64,000 nucleotides of DNA from NCBI RefSeq assembly GCF_964204645.1, contig NC_134029.1, positions 6,510,001 through 6,574,000 of the forward strand, read 5' to 3'. The stretch comes from Tubulanus polymorphus. Lineage: Eukaryota; Animalia; Nemertea. The position numbers and the translations under genes are program-made. Shown in pieces: positions 37,261 through 50,823 of this stretch. The notes below the pieces were generated by a model, which made no database searches, was not told where the DNA came from, and saw only the letters and a list, made by a program, of their open reading frames with translations. Position 1 is the first letter of the stretch, and each line of letters opens with the position of its first letter.

Positions 37261-39263
37261 GATCGGTCTAGACGTCATCCATCCAGACTCAGAAAATGAT
37301 TTGGGGTTAACTTTGCAATGATTACTACATGAAATATGTAACGCTGTACTTCCATGTAGCTTCTTGTCATATGTAGAAATGTTAGTTCGAATAGTCATTA
37401 GTTTCCCGTAAGATCTATTTGTTATACGTAGGCATACTTCTTATTCTAGGTTCCCGCACTTTGTAGAAGTCTGGCCATCATATTATATGATATAGATTAT
37501 TTAGTGGAATGGGGTACCGGCACACGAGCTATCCCGTCAGATGGTGCCACAAGATATCAGACGAAACTAGTTCATTTTCAATCAACTTTGATCTCAGTTT
37601 TCGGTGTTCCGATACTATGGATTCCAAAAATCTGGCAAATAACTAGATAACTCAGATTAATCTAAAGAGTTGTTTATATGTGGCACAATTTTCGTAAACC
37701 GTCCATAGAGTTTGAGAAAATTATCGTGAGATTTTAATTGAGTTTGAGAAGAAATCCGGCGTTGACGTCGTACTTTACTACACTAGCGACACCTGGCTGA
37801 TGATGGTGGAATTTCACTTGCCGCGGCAGTGTTGCCCGTACCCCATTATCAACAAAGTGCGGGAACTATATTATTCATACTGGTAATCTGAATTTAGTAA
37901 TGATACCCTAAAAAATATTCAACCCAATAAAAACGAATTATGAAGACTTTGAAACTGCCAAGTCATGAAGAGCTTTCAAAAGAGTTTTATCCATCTGTTA
38001 CAGCGTAATAAAAGAATTCTTCCGGTGAAAATCAAATGGTGTTCATATTGTCTAGAACGTTTTGTGTCGAAGTGCCTTCATCACATCTTGATTAGCCTAT
38101 TTACTAACTGATAGATTAATTAACATATTAGTTAACGAGATAGTCGGTTGTAATTTTGATTATTGTAATGATATCTACTATGGTAACGTTTGAACGGTAT
38201 ATAAAGCCTGTATCTTTGATGTATTTTACTACTGGTACTCTGTATATGCATGGAACAGTCTGTTGTGTATTTATCATCTATTTCAACTTTGCTTGAGAGG
38301 ACGTCGTTTGGCCTAGCTCAGTCAGTTTCAGTATTACATACCTGATATAGGTCTTTGAAGGACCAGAATCGACTGGCAGTTGGACAAAAACATTGACTTT
38401 TAATCCATTTTACATTTTATTAAAGGATTGCTGAAAAGTCTTCATTGAAAGCGGTTGCATCATCGAAAAGAGACACCGTTTTCTTAAGCAAATAATGTTT
38501 AACAATGTCTACATGCCTACCAACTGAAGTTTTTTCCAAGTATCAGAAATTATGATATGTAGGCATTGAAACACATTTTTAAACATTCAAAACATCACTT
38601 TTCCTTATTCAACCCCTTTCAATGAAAATTCTTTGACAATCCTTCAATGCAGTGACAAATGGATTAGAATTTTATGTACTACCTAAACTGACTTGAGCTA
38701 GGCCACCCGATGTCCTCTCAAGTCAAGTTGAAATGGACATTAGATTATTGTATGACAAGTCTATTTTAGGAAAGTAAAAACTGATCATTTCATTCAATAT
38801 GCGTTGCGTATTCGGGTTGAAGAAATTCTACTAAAAAATCGATGCCTCTTGGTTGGTTTCTGTTTTCAATAATTTCTAGCTAAAATCATCAAAAACTCCA
38901 GTTTCGTAAAGCTAATCGGGATACATTTTGTTTTCTTGAAAATGAGAAGTTGTTGGTATTAGACTACGGTAGTTTTATGACTTAAACCAGGGGCTTAACT
39001 TACTTCACTAATACCTGTATTTGACTTAACCCTGTGGTCAAATAAAGTTAGGTCTATATAAAACCAGCCTCGAAATGTTTGTATCATGAAACAGTCACCT
39101 GTGGTCAGTGTAATTGAAATTTAATCCCTCATAGTCTACCATGTTCAGTAGCTGAAAAATATTTTGAAATTCAAAATATAAATATTTATGTATGGCGATT
39201 CTCGTGACTTCAGCTAAACAGTATAGATCTAGATCAGTAGAGAAATCTTGACTTCCAGACTAC

Positions 39264-39540
39264 CAGGGTTCATAGCGGTGTCCTTGAGTATCATGGAATG
39301 GGCTCTAAAATCCTTAAATCATTGTCATGGTCTTTGAATGGCATCAGTGATTAGTTATCATCTGCAGATCCAAGTTCACTGTAACAGCTCTGAAAATCGA
39401 CTGATTATAAGAATGCCTGGAAAATGTGGATTTCCCGATTCCTGGCATAGGCATACTGATAATATACAAGTCCTGGAATCGGAGTCAAAAAGTCTTCGAA
39501 AGGCATAAAATGAGATTGGCCATGGATATTATGAACCCTG
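39264..39540. mobile_element. Non-autonomous DNA element with CAGGGTTCATA TIRs
   Basis: GACTAC|CAGGGTTCATA...TATGAACCCTG|GACTAC, a 6-bp direct repeat on both flanks. Confidence 0.65.
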
Positions 39541-41925
39541 GACTACCTTTATGAGAATGTTATGTAAAAGCTTGTAACATGTTAGACAATGATACAATAT
39601 AATAGTGCTATGTATCTGTTACACATTGTTTTTTTTTCGATCTTTAAAGATTTCAGATTATTTTGTTAGACTAAATTTTGTGATGATATTGTTCCTATTT
39701 CTTACGTTTAAAATTGAACTGGTATTCAACGCGATGTCATCGGAGGGATAAATATAATCAATGTTTTAAGAATGTGTCTTCAATTTATTAGAATTACCAG
39801 TGTGTGTAAATAACGTGTAGATAAAATCAGCGTATAAGTAACTTAGTTTCCAGTCAGACTTACCTTTGAACGATACAAACTTTGCATTCCTAGTTGGCCA
39901 GTATTTCTCCTATCTATTTTCAATAAACCTCGGGGGCAGTTTCCACTAATGTGATTTAGATTGACGGAGTCAGTTTGAAAATGAATTTATTGTGACCTTA
40001 TAGTTAAATCTTGGTCGCGATATCTTCACGAAAATCCTCACTCGCCTATGGGTCTTATCGCTTGTTCATCGCTTGTTTGGTAGTAACAGTATCCGGGACA
40101 TTATCAATGCGTAACATATCCTTCTGCTACATTTATCGAGGTATAACGACTAACAGTGAAAGTTAGATGGCCAAGTGAGGATGTACTTTTTAAAAAGGCT
40201 GATTTTTGAAACCTTGTATTCAATGAACTTCTCCCTATTCTCTGTGAAGATGAAGAAGAGTTAGCCCCAAATCTTTTTCTAAACAATTATAGCTGAATAT
40301 AGTTGTGTATGGCATTATACTGCTGTATCATACATTTCATTGTTTGTTATTGACTGAATAAATAAGGAATGGCTGAATTCATCAATTCTTTATTCATTGG
40401 TTGAAATCTTTCTCCGGAACGGAGAAGCAGAGAACTAGAATAAAACCCATTTAATGTGGGACAATTGGAGTCGAATTGCCAGTGTTTCCAGTTGATGTGC
40501 CAGTTCTATCATTCTTCCGATAGCTAAAGTAAAGACGCAGAAGCAGCTCTTGTTATTCTTCAATCCGGTGCTGGTTTACTGCATCCCCCAGTGACCCATA
40601 CTCCCCGGATTCAAACCTGATGGTATTGAGACTCACCCGGTCTAATATGGCAGGGTTTTGGGCCGCAGCCGAGTCTAGCGACGCCATCAGGTTCGAATCC
40701 CTGCCAAGGGAGGATGCCAGTGACCTGGCTACTGTTGATACTTATAACCCAGCTGCTCATATACTCAACCAGATATTTCAGATATAGACGCATCAAAAGC
40801 TATCAGCCAGTCAAGAGTACTGTAGTATGTCATGAACAAGTTTAACTCCAAAGAGATACTCCTCCCCAACAGAACATAATGACAGAAGATCGTACTTGTA
40901 GCATTTTTATCAGTGTTTATTGTTTAACAATATGTAAATGAAAATCTACAAAAATGTCCAGTCTAATATTAACGAACGATTATTAGGCATTAGAAAAAAG
41001 TTGCATCATTCAATTCTTGACCTCAGAATGAAATAGTTTGTCAGTATATGCAGAATTTACATTCTAATTAAGTAGGAAGTGGTTATAACAAATTTCAAAT
41101 AAAAAGTGAGCATTATCATGGAATTCATCCATTGACAAGAATCCTCTTAGTCAAATAAAACAAAAGCTTTTACAAAATAGCTATTATTGACAATTTTACA
41201 TTTAATTACAAACTCTTAATTATTGCTCTGTTTATACATTACAGAATATCAGTCAAATATGAGCGATTTCTAAATTTTAACCAATGATGGATTTTAGTTA
41301 CCCAGTTTAACACTGCTATTAAAACCATGATTGTATAGATAACAGGCAGGTTTCAAAAGAATGTATTCCGGTTTGAGAGTAACAATTCCCGGAATCTGAA
41401 TTACAAATGCTCTATCCGCCTTGTACATATAATTTTGCTATTCCAGAACAGGTATCAGTTATGTACTCTGGTCAAAACAAATGTGCCAGGAGAGTATTCC
41501 AAAATCAGAGAATAGCCCATCAAGACTAACTAACGGCCTAGGTTATTGACAGGATTCACCTTAGTGTGTGCATGCACTCAAGACCACTATACAGATACCA
41601 GCAGCACGATTCAGAAAATCCAGCCATAACCTATTTTTAAACAATGCCTTTTTGACTGATGAGGCACTTAAAACTACTTCCGTGATCGAAACCCATTGAA
41701 TCTACTCTACTAACTTAATACTTATCTAGTATATAATAGAAACTCTTTTTGAATTCAACAATAACAACTTTACAACAACGATGCATATGATGGAAAAATT
41801 TTAAAAAGAAAATCTTGATGCCAAGAACAGTTGAAAAGTGTTCTTAACGCAATGTACGTACTAAACAACTTTGACCAATAGAACTTGATTCCAAAGATCG
41901 ATTCTAGGAAGACTCTAACTCGTAG

Positions 41926-44900
41926 TTACGTTGAATCAGATTTCTTCTCGGCAGCTTCAATCTGCGCGGCTAGTTCCTGAAATTTGGCCACGTAATCGAC
42001 ACTATTCTCAACCATCATACACTGCAACTGTGTATCCACCTGCAAAATTAAACATCAAGAAGATTTCATACAGAAACTAAGACATTCAATTGAAAATTTG
42101 ATTGTTGTCTCGCAATCTTTGCTTGTTGTAACTACAGGGTCCCTACAACTCCTTGATTCCTTAAAAACTCCTTCAAAACGAAAAATGCGTTTGTAGGTGC
42201 TTGAAACTCCTTTTAATATGAGCAAAATGCCTGAAACTCTTTCAATTTTAAAAAATAAGCAATAAGAAATTTTTTTACAATAAACTATGCCTAAATCAAT
42301 CAGTTGGGACCAGGATTTATTTATTTTTACCCAATTAGGCAGTTACCGAATAAAAGTGTAAAGGATAAAGAATTTTTTATGAATCCACTACTGAATTAAC
42401 GTTTTATACCGAGATAAACAGTACTGATTTTAGAGGAGTCCACCGTAATTGGGATATGAAAGTGATGCAGACGCTTCTCGAAATTTTAAAACTGCATATA
42501 TCCAGGAATGATCTATAGGGAAACTGAACTATTCTCACGAATGCATGTACTTACGTCTAATTTAAGATTGATTGAATCGCGGGAATTATCACCGAGCAAT
42601 GATGAGCCGTTAAACGAAATAACGGACGACGAATCCAACGGTTTCTTTACAGGTGAATCGAAGAGTCCGAGCGTAAAATCACCAATCTGAAGAAAGATAA
42701 CCGCAAATAAGAACCAGGGCCCGGTTTTATAGACTGAGTATCAAAATTATCCCTAGGGGTAAATCCTCAATCTGGGTGACAACCACCATAGTAACAATGA
42801 GAAACCATGGTTATAACTGACGAATTTCGAAATATTCCCAGGGACTATTTTTCTTCCACATCTATGAAACCCAGCCCAGGCGTACACCTGGGGCCAGTTG
42901 CTCAAAAGTTGGTTAAAGATAACCGGAGGATAAATACCATAGGAACGACGAACTTATAATTATCAATATGTCAACTATCCACTGGTGAACTCTTAACAAA
43001 CCTTTTAGAAACTGGCCCCGCACTTAAAATGAATTTTCCTATCAGCAATACATACCTCGTTGTTTAACCAAGCATCAGTATTAACAGTCTTGAAAGGCGA
43101 GCCAATCGGTGTTTTCATTCCTTCCTGGCGCGGCGGCGACTTCCCTCGAATACTGCTAAAATCTACAAAATCATCGCCAACGATTTCAATAGAATCGCAT
43201 AGATTCACAATCGAAAACTATTCGTTCATATTCTCAGACGCAAATCTTACCTATGCCAGCGGTGCCGAGAGCGATCTCGATGAGTTTGTCCGACATCGAT
43301 GATGTGGCTAGGAAACAAACAGGCGAATTTCAGTTGAATACACGTGTCATTCATTCATCACAAATGAAAACGTTTGAAATACAGAAACACGATTATATAA
43401 TTACCTTGATTAGTGGATTCGTCGTGACAGGGCGGAGGCAGCGAAACATCGAGGAATGTGGAAACATTAAATGAATCGCGTGATTGAGTATCCGGCGGTT
43501 GAATCTTGATGTTATGTAGTTCCAGAGTTTCGGCGCTACTCGCAGATATGGCCTGGATTCATCGATAAAAAAATAACCCGAGTCAAGAAAATACACAATA
43601 TCCGTGTAAGATGAATACACGAGAGAAATCCCACAATAATTCAGATTAGATGATTTTAATCAGTTTTACTTACATTGTCTGTACTCGATAATTTATGACT
43701 GGACAATATATTTTCGAACTACAAGAAAATCATAGGAAAATGAACTAATGTTGATTTAACTGGGCCTGAATTATAGGTCTTAGTGCTCTATCTTTTACTT
43801 TTATATCTATTGCCTGTGTTTGAGTATGTATTTGCGGCAGCGGTTGAGAAGGTCCGGGAGAGTGCGTAGCCAATGATGATGGACTAGGCGACGATGAAGT
43901 CAACGTGATCAATGATTCTGAAAACGAGAAGTGCATCAATCATTTAAGGACGAATGATCTACGACAAATTTTTTCACAAGCTTTTCTTTCCGATTCACTA
44001 ACCAGATTGATTAGGAATCTTATTAGCACCGATTGCCGGTTGAGTTCCACATAAAGTAACCGGTTGCACTAAAAAGATCAATTCTTAGCCTTTAGTAACG
44101 TAGTAGAAATTTTACAACATATTGAAGGATTTCCAAAAAGTCATTATTTTCTCATGTTGAAAAGGTAAAAAGATCAGCCATTTCTTAACAATATGTTTCC
44201 TGTGTTACCATGCCTATGAACCATGAATTTAGATGATATGAAAATAATTTTCAATAGTAGGCATAAAATCGTTGGAATTGTTAAAATTGATTTAGTTCAG
44301 AAAATGTCTCTTTTCTCCGATTCGGATGAGTTAAAGAAGAATTTTTAACACTCTTTCAATACATTGCAAAATGCATATAAAAATGATGGTTTATTCAGAC
44401 TGAACAGTTTCACTGCTCATATTATGACAAATTACACGTATATGTTCAAAAGATTAAGCAAAATATCCCAAAGAAAGACTTTAGTCACTTACGTAAAATG
44501 TATGTATGCAGAAAAATCCTTACTCAAAAATAATTTGTTTACCTGATGAAGACAAAGTGGTGGATATTTTTCTGTTGTAACTACCCGGCGATATTTTAAT
44601 GACGCCTTGTTGGCTGGCCGTGGTGACCTGATGAACAGGACCGGGTACGATTTGACGCGCCGTTAACATCGCTCGCGGCGGTAAACTGCCGCTCTGAGTG
44701 ACGGTCCTAGCAGACGGATTCGGCATTATGGGAACGAACGAGCCGCGAGCTCGACGCTGCGGCTGCTGGCTCGGCAGTATATTCACCGCGGTCATCAGTT
44801 GAGGTTGTATCGCGGCTGCCTTCGGGAGAATGTTACGCGGATTACTGATGACCATCGGTTTCCGTACCGCTCGCGTGTTACGCTTCGAACGTTTCCATAA

Positions 44901-47900
44901 AATACTGTCAGGATTCGGTGGCAAAGGCTGAAATTCGATCAACCATAAGATGGATTGTTAGAAATTCTGTAGGAACAAACAACCATTCGATTGAAATATT
45001 AAGGTTGTCAAACAAAATTAGGGGTCCAGAAATCAGGAAAATAAATTGTTAAGCGTGTTGAAAACTTTCTCAAAATAACTTGAACAAACACGGAATGCAA
45101 AGCCAGTGGACTATAAGTCAGGATGGTGATAAATTTCATACCTCTTTCATAGCTGGTAAAGCAGATGGGATAATTGTCGGCGGGTTCATAGTAGGCTTTG
45201 GCAGGACAGGAATCTCGAAATTTTCCTTAGGTTTCTGCAATAAGAGAATCGAGAAACTTATTTACACAATGTACTTTCATGTGCCGCGTAGGTAATGCTG
45301 CGAAAACCTTACCAACATTATTTGCCGGGATGGGATGAAATATTTGCGCAGAAAGAAGTAATATTTTTCACACTGTTACACAGGAATTTTTCAAAAACGT
45401 TCACATTATAGTATTGAAGGGTATCTAGGATTTTATCAAGGGTTTATTCTAATATCCACATACCTCTGACGTTTTGCCCCGTCGTTTTTTCTGGACAGGC
45501 GAAGGGCTGGCATTACTGGCAGTCGGCGAATCCAATCTCATAGGACTGCTACGAAATTTATTCGGAGGAGTACGCGCGTTATTTTTCTTACAGTGACAAT
45601 GACACGGAGATGACGTCAATGGAGGCTGAAAATATCCGAGTATGATTTATATTAAACAAATTTCCCTGACTGTTCCCTGATTTTTAGCTTTTTTTTTTTT
45701 TACAAAATATCCCTGACTATCCGCTGACTTTTTTAAAGAAAAGAATTTTCCCTGACTTTTCCCCGATTTACCGGTAAGTGGCCACCCTGGCAACGTGTAC
45801 AGTATACCGTACCTGTTTTGATTTCTTCAAATCGGTGAATTCGATGCAAGCAATCTGCACCAGTCGTGACAGCATCGTCGCCAGATTCTTAGCGCCAGTC
45901 ACGTCAGAAGTAGCCTCAACCCATTCGTAATCTAGCACTATCTTTTCGGGGCATCCCATAGTCAGATGCAGTTCGGCTATGGTAATTTTCTGCGCGTCCT
46001 CGAACGTCCAACCGTCGCGTACACGTTTTTCAAAATCGTCGTCGTCGCGACAATTTTTGATGACCGACTGCGGTTTCTCCGTCTCCACGTCTCTGTCGTC
46101 AGTTACCCGTACGGTTTTTGGAGCGACTTCATCTTTGTCGCAAGAATCATCGTCGTTCGAGACATTTTCCGAGAGCGACGCTAAATTTGGCACATCTAAA
46201 TCCCTTACGAGCGTATTCGGCGGAACCCCGGATTGAGAAGTTCCCGCTATCACACATCCACAATTGTCCGAAGATATTGCAGTCGATTGTTGCGATTTTA
46301 ACCGCTGTTCGCTGTGTATTTGATTCTCAATAAGCTGACTCGCAGCACTCTCGCACATTAACAATTGATCCATAGGATTTTTTCCCGTATTACCGGCGGC
46401 GGCGGCGGCCACGCCCGCGTAATCAGCGCACAAAGTCGTTATCCCTGAATTCGAGATCAAACCGGAAAATCCGATATTTTGACTAGGACTGCCGCTGAGT
46501 AGGTTGTCCTCGTAGCAGTTCATTTTAATCGATTCACCGGGACTAGTTTTAACGCTGACCTCCATCATCTCGTCGTTACTCGTCGTATCGGTTTTCGCGT
46601 AATCCAGGCGCGGTTTTTTACGCGGCGTTATCTGTCCCATGCAAGCGTCCGCGAACGATTTCAACATGGCGACGTTTTCTCCATCGTAGGACCACCGATC
46701 ATCGATCACTTCACCGGTTTCAACGTGAACCTGGTTATTGAGAGTCGCTTGTTCACGAGGTTTTTCACTGACATCCATACTGCACTTGTTTGTTACGGCA
46801 AGAGCTGAAAATACATCCCGGTCAGAGTTTACCATTTTATTTCAAGTAAAATTGACTGTCAATCCAGTTACAATGCAAGCAAATATACCAGTTTTATCAG
46901 GGTCTCTGTAGATCAGTCATACCTGGATATAAGGAGTTTTCAAGGTGTTTAAAAGAGAAAATTTCATATTTTGAGGAAGCGTCTACATCACTTTCATATC
47001 CCAATTACAGTAGACTTAGGAATAGTCAATTTCCTGAGCAACTTCTTTAAATTTCTGATTGCCTATTTCTCAAAATTGAAGGAGTTTTGGGCATTTTGCG
47101 CGAATTAATTAAAGGAGTTTCAAGCACCTAGCATTTCCATTTAGGAGTTTTTAAGTAATCAAGGGATCATGGATTGCTTATAAACCAGTTTAAACTGTAA
47201 ACCAGGGACCAGTTCTATTTTACCGGTAATTGAGTTAGCCCTCAGGGTTAAGTCAATACCAGTCACTAAACCGTGCCCAAAGGGCACATCTTTGGTTGAC
47301 TAGTAAATCATTTGACCCCATTGGTAAAGTTAAAGCTCTTGGATCCATCATACTGAAATATCTTGGGAGTCCATTTTAGGTAAATCAACATTTTGGAGCC
47401 AGGTACTAAGTCTTGACTTAAGTTCATTGGGCTTCATGCGAAGAAATTAATAATATACCCACCTGCATGAACTGGATTTTCTTGATGATGTTGAAAGGCG
47501 AGATTATGTTTTGTAGGCACGGGGCGCTTTTTCAGCATCACTGAAACAACCGGACTGTCACGTGCGGGATACAACTTCAATATCTTACTCTCCGATTCAT
47601 CTAACGGAATCTTAGCCGATTCTTTCTGTCCAAGGAATTAAGGAAATTTCCTAAGAAGTATTTTAATGTACAACAATTGCCATTCATGTAGTCAGTTGTT
47701 CAAAAGGATACAATTTTGGCCCCTTTCATTTTCCATTTCTTCTGCAAGAAATTGATAATCGAACCTAGTTTTCGTTCAGTGCTCATGTGTATTCTGATTC
47801 GAGGATTTTGAGCCAGGTTCTGTATCGATGTCCACATTTTGTTATTGCGCGGAACCAGCTCAATCGTCACTTTGGAAGGAATTTTAGGGTGTAGCTCCTC

Positions 47901-49841
47901 ATCTTCCTTCGGTTCTGTAATTATTATACACACAGTCATCAATTAGGAATTAATATCAATAAATCTAGTTAACCAATAAGTCAATCTTACAGTTATGAGT
48001 AAAATCTAGCTCTTAGGCTAAAAGAAATTGATACCTTGTTTTTCCTTTCTGCTGAGTTTAATAGTTAGCCGGCAAGTTATCTACCCTGCACATTACTTTT
48101 TAAAAAAATCATAATCAAGCTAAGTATAACAGACCCGGCAGTTATAGATATGAATTGATTAAAAATTTTATTGGTTTACAAAATGCCCCAGCCGCTAAGG
48201 ACAAAAGAAGGTATCATTTTTTTAGCCTAAGACTTTGAATAATTATAACTCAAGAGTTAGAATCATTGGTCCTAAATATCTATTTTTTCACCACGTTAAA
48301 TGATTACCTTCAATGTTATTCAACATTTTCAGTGCTCTACAAGATGGGGTCTTCAGTCTAAAAGAGATTTTTGATCAATGAAATAACATCAACATTGCTT
48401 AAGATCTAGGGGAACCAAAAACAATATTTCAAACTTACTTCAAATTCTTATTCTTCCATTTTACGACTACATATCCTTTGTGAATCAACTCATTCAACTT
48501 TTGACCAACTTTTTCATCCAAACCTACACGAATAATCAATAAAGAAAAACATCAACGAACTTGCTTATCCCAAATCTTCTTAACATTGATCCTATAGAGA
48601 AGAATATGCTCTAAAACAATGAACGTACGTCCTTTAAACTTCTTTCTTAGTTCACTGTAATTGATGAGTCCGTACAATTCTTGAGTTTTCTTCTTTACAT
48701 CTGCATAAAAAATCATCAATATAAAATCGTAGCAGAATATTGACCTCTAATCTAAACAGGTTGGCTTTTAAAAAGTACATAAGAAAATTAATAAGTGAAA
48801 GCATTTTTCAAAAATCTGAAATCTCTAAACTCTTAATTTGACTTGTGAAAATACATATCAAATGCATCTCATATTGAATGTTGATATAACATACAATAAT
48901 CTACACTTACTGTCACCCATTTTGATGTATTTAGAGATTTTATGCCACGTTCTATAGTAGAAATGGCGAACTTGATCTTTGTTTCTCACCGACGCGGTAT
49001 CACCTTTTCGTTTGTACCTTTGCATGATGTATTTCAAAATCTCTTCAAAGTTCTTTCCATACTGCAGGTTATAAAATCAACAGGACTTAAAATCAATATC
49101 ATCATCATCATCATCGATGAAATAATGCATGGATAATTTAGGCCTGAATTTTTACCTGATAAAGTCCTTCGAAAAACAAATCAGCATCTTGACTCGACCA
49201 TAGATCCCAGGTGCGACGCTGTTTTGGAGCAGGTGTTACTACTTTTTCCTCTTTTGCTGAAAGTCAAGTAAAATTGTACGGAAATGGAAAAATATAGTGA
49301 TCCAAATCAATTGATGGAATCACAAGCTAAAATATCTTTTTCATAAGCAGTTATTCAGTATATTCAAAATATATTCAAATTTTTGGCTGAAAATGTCAAC
49401 ATAAACATACAAATAGTCTCTAACACGGATGAAAACTCCGCAATTTCATCGTTAGGTGTCGTATTAACCGTTAAAAGTACACCGCAGTGTTTTTGGAGAA
49501 CTGTCAAACTAAAAGCACGTGTTCAATGTTTACATGTCGTTACTATAAATAGTAGCATTTCGGCCAATCGGAAAGCGGCATTCTGTGCGCAAAACATGTA
49601 CCTCTGAAATTTGCCGTTTTTGTCTATAAATACCTTTTTTCACCGGTGACGTTGGAGGGCTAATATCTCTTCGAACCCTTTTCAGCAATCTACCGCTGCA
49701 CCTGGTAGTTGTCGGCACTGCAACCCCGATGATTTCCTGACCAGATGATTCCGATGTCGAAACGGCCGTTGTGGACGTTGACGGTTTTTGTTGACATTTT
49801 TTCTCAGGTTTTCCCGGCCGATCCGCGACAAGATTCGCCAT
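41926..49841 (-). CDS. CRAMP1: Protein cramped-like (SANT domain chromatin regulator), multi-exon
   Basis: RRTWDLWSSQDADLFFEGLYQ-YGKNFE...NKDQVRHFYYRTWHKISK, ELYGLINYSELRK, IELVPRNN...LAQNPR, GWT...TIAELHLTMG...LDYEW, and terminal VDTQLQCMMVENSVDYVAKFQELA. The start Met is tentative. Confidence 0.92.
47626..47711 (-). other. U12-type GT-AG intron (86 nt) in cramped
   Basis: 5'ss |GTATCCTTTT, branch site TTTCCTTAAT about 12 nt upstream of CAG|. In-frame join KMKGAKI-KESAKIP. Confidence 0.88.
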
Positions 49842-50823
49842 CAAAATGCAATCATGTAGTTCTTCGGACGTTTTTTGATCGTCGGGTGCGAACCTGAATA
49901 AAACCCGACAACGAAAAACCAGTTAAAAACGCGTGAAAATAATCGGAGAAAATCCAGAATTCAAAATGGCTGCCGCTTTCTTCTCGTCCAAAAATCGACG
50001 TTTTTCCATCGTAAATAATTCGGCGAATGAAGAACGGATTTTCATTATTTAAAAGCCGATTACTCGTTTAGATCGTGATGAATCCAACAGTATTGAAATA
50101 TTTTACCTAACCCGTCAGTAATTATGTTTATTTCAAGTTAGAAAATCACACGCATAGAAAAGCATACAACAAAATGGCGATATCATCGGCCGTATGAAAT
50201 GAATAATTTTATTACCCGTTTTTATCATCTTGTTTAGCTTTTGCAGCCCCACTACTGCTGCGACGGCGTCCTGCAACTTTCATTGATCTCTTCATAATTA
50301 GTTTTGTCCCTTTTTCAAGCGAGTACTTTGCAATTCGGCACGGGCATCTTAGCTCGACGTTGAGCACAATCCTGGTTTGGCGAGTGCTACTGTCGAGATG
50401 GAAACATGCGATTCGATCGTTTTTGCAACAAAATAATTTTTTGAAAACATTTTGTTACAGCAGCACTAATTCATAATTCTAAGGATGAAATAAAGTTTTG
50501 AAAGTTTTCATTTTTTTTAACGAAGTTTCTTTCGAAGAGATACGCATATTTAGCCGTATTTTATGTGCAAAACTATTGTCCCCCCTTATGGAAATGAACA
50601 AAAATTCGGATTATTGCCAGTGTTTTCAGATTTTGTGAATAATTTTTTATAAATACTCGATAAATCATTATATGATAAATCAAAGTACCAAAGGTAACCG
50701 GACAAAAGCTAAGCGAATTGAGCTAAGCAAATTGATCTTTATTCGAAAATTGAAAAACCATGCGTTCCACAAAATCAAGAAAGCCATTTGAAGATTATTT
50801 TCTTCGTGAATAGATTTTATTTT

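Noticed and set aside
48471-48480. ATATCCTTTG U12-like donor on the + strand
   Set aside because: It lies antisense within a cramped coding exon, with no + strand gene or branch site.
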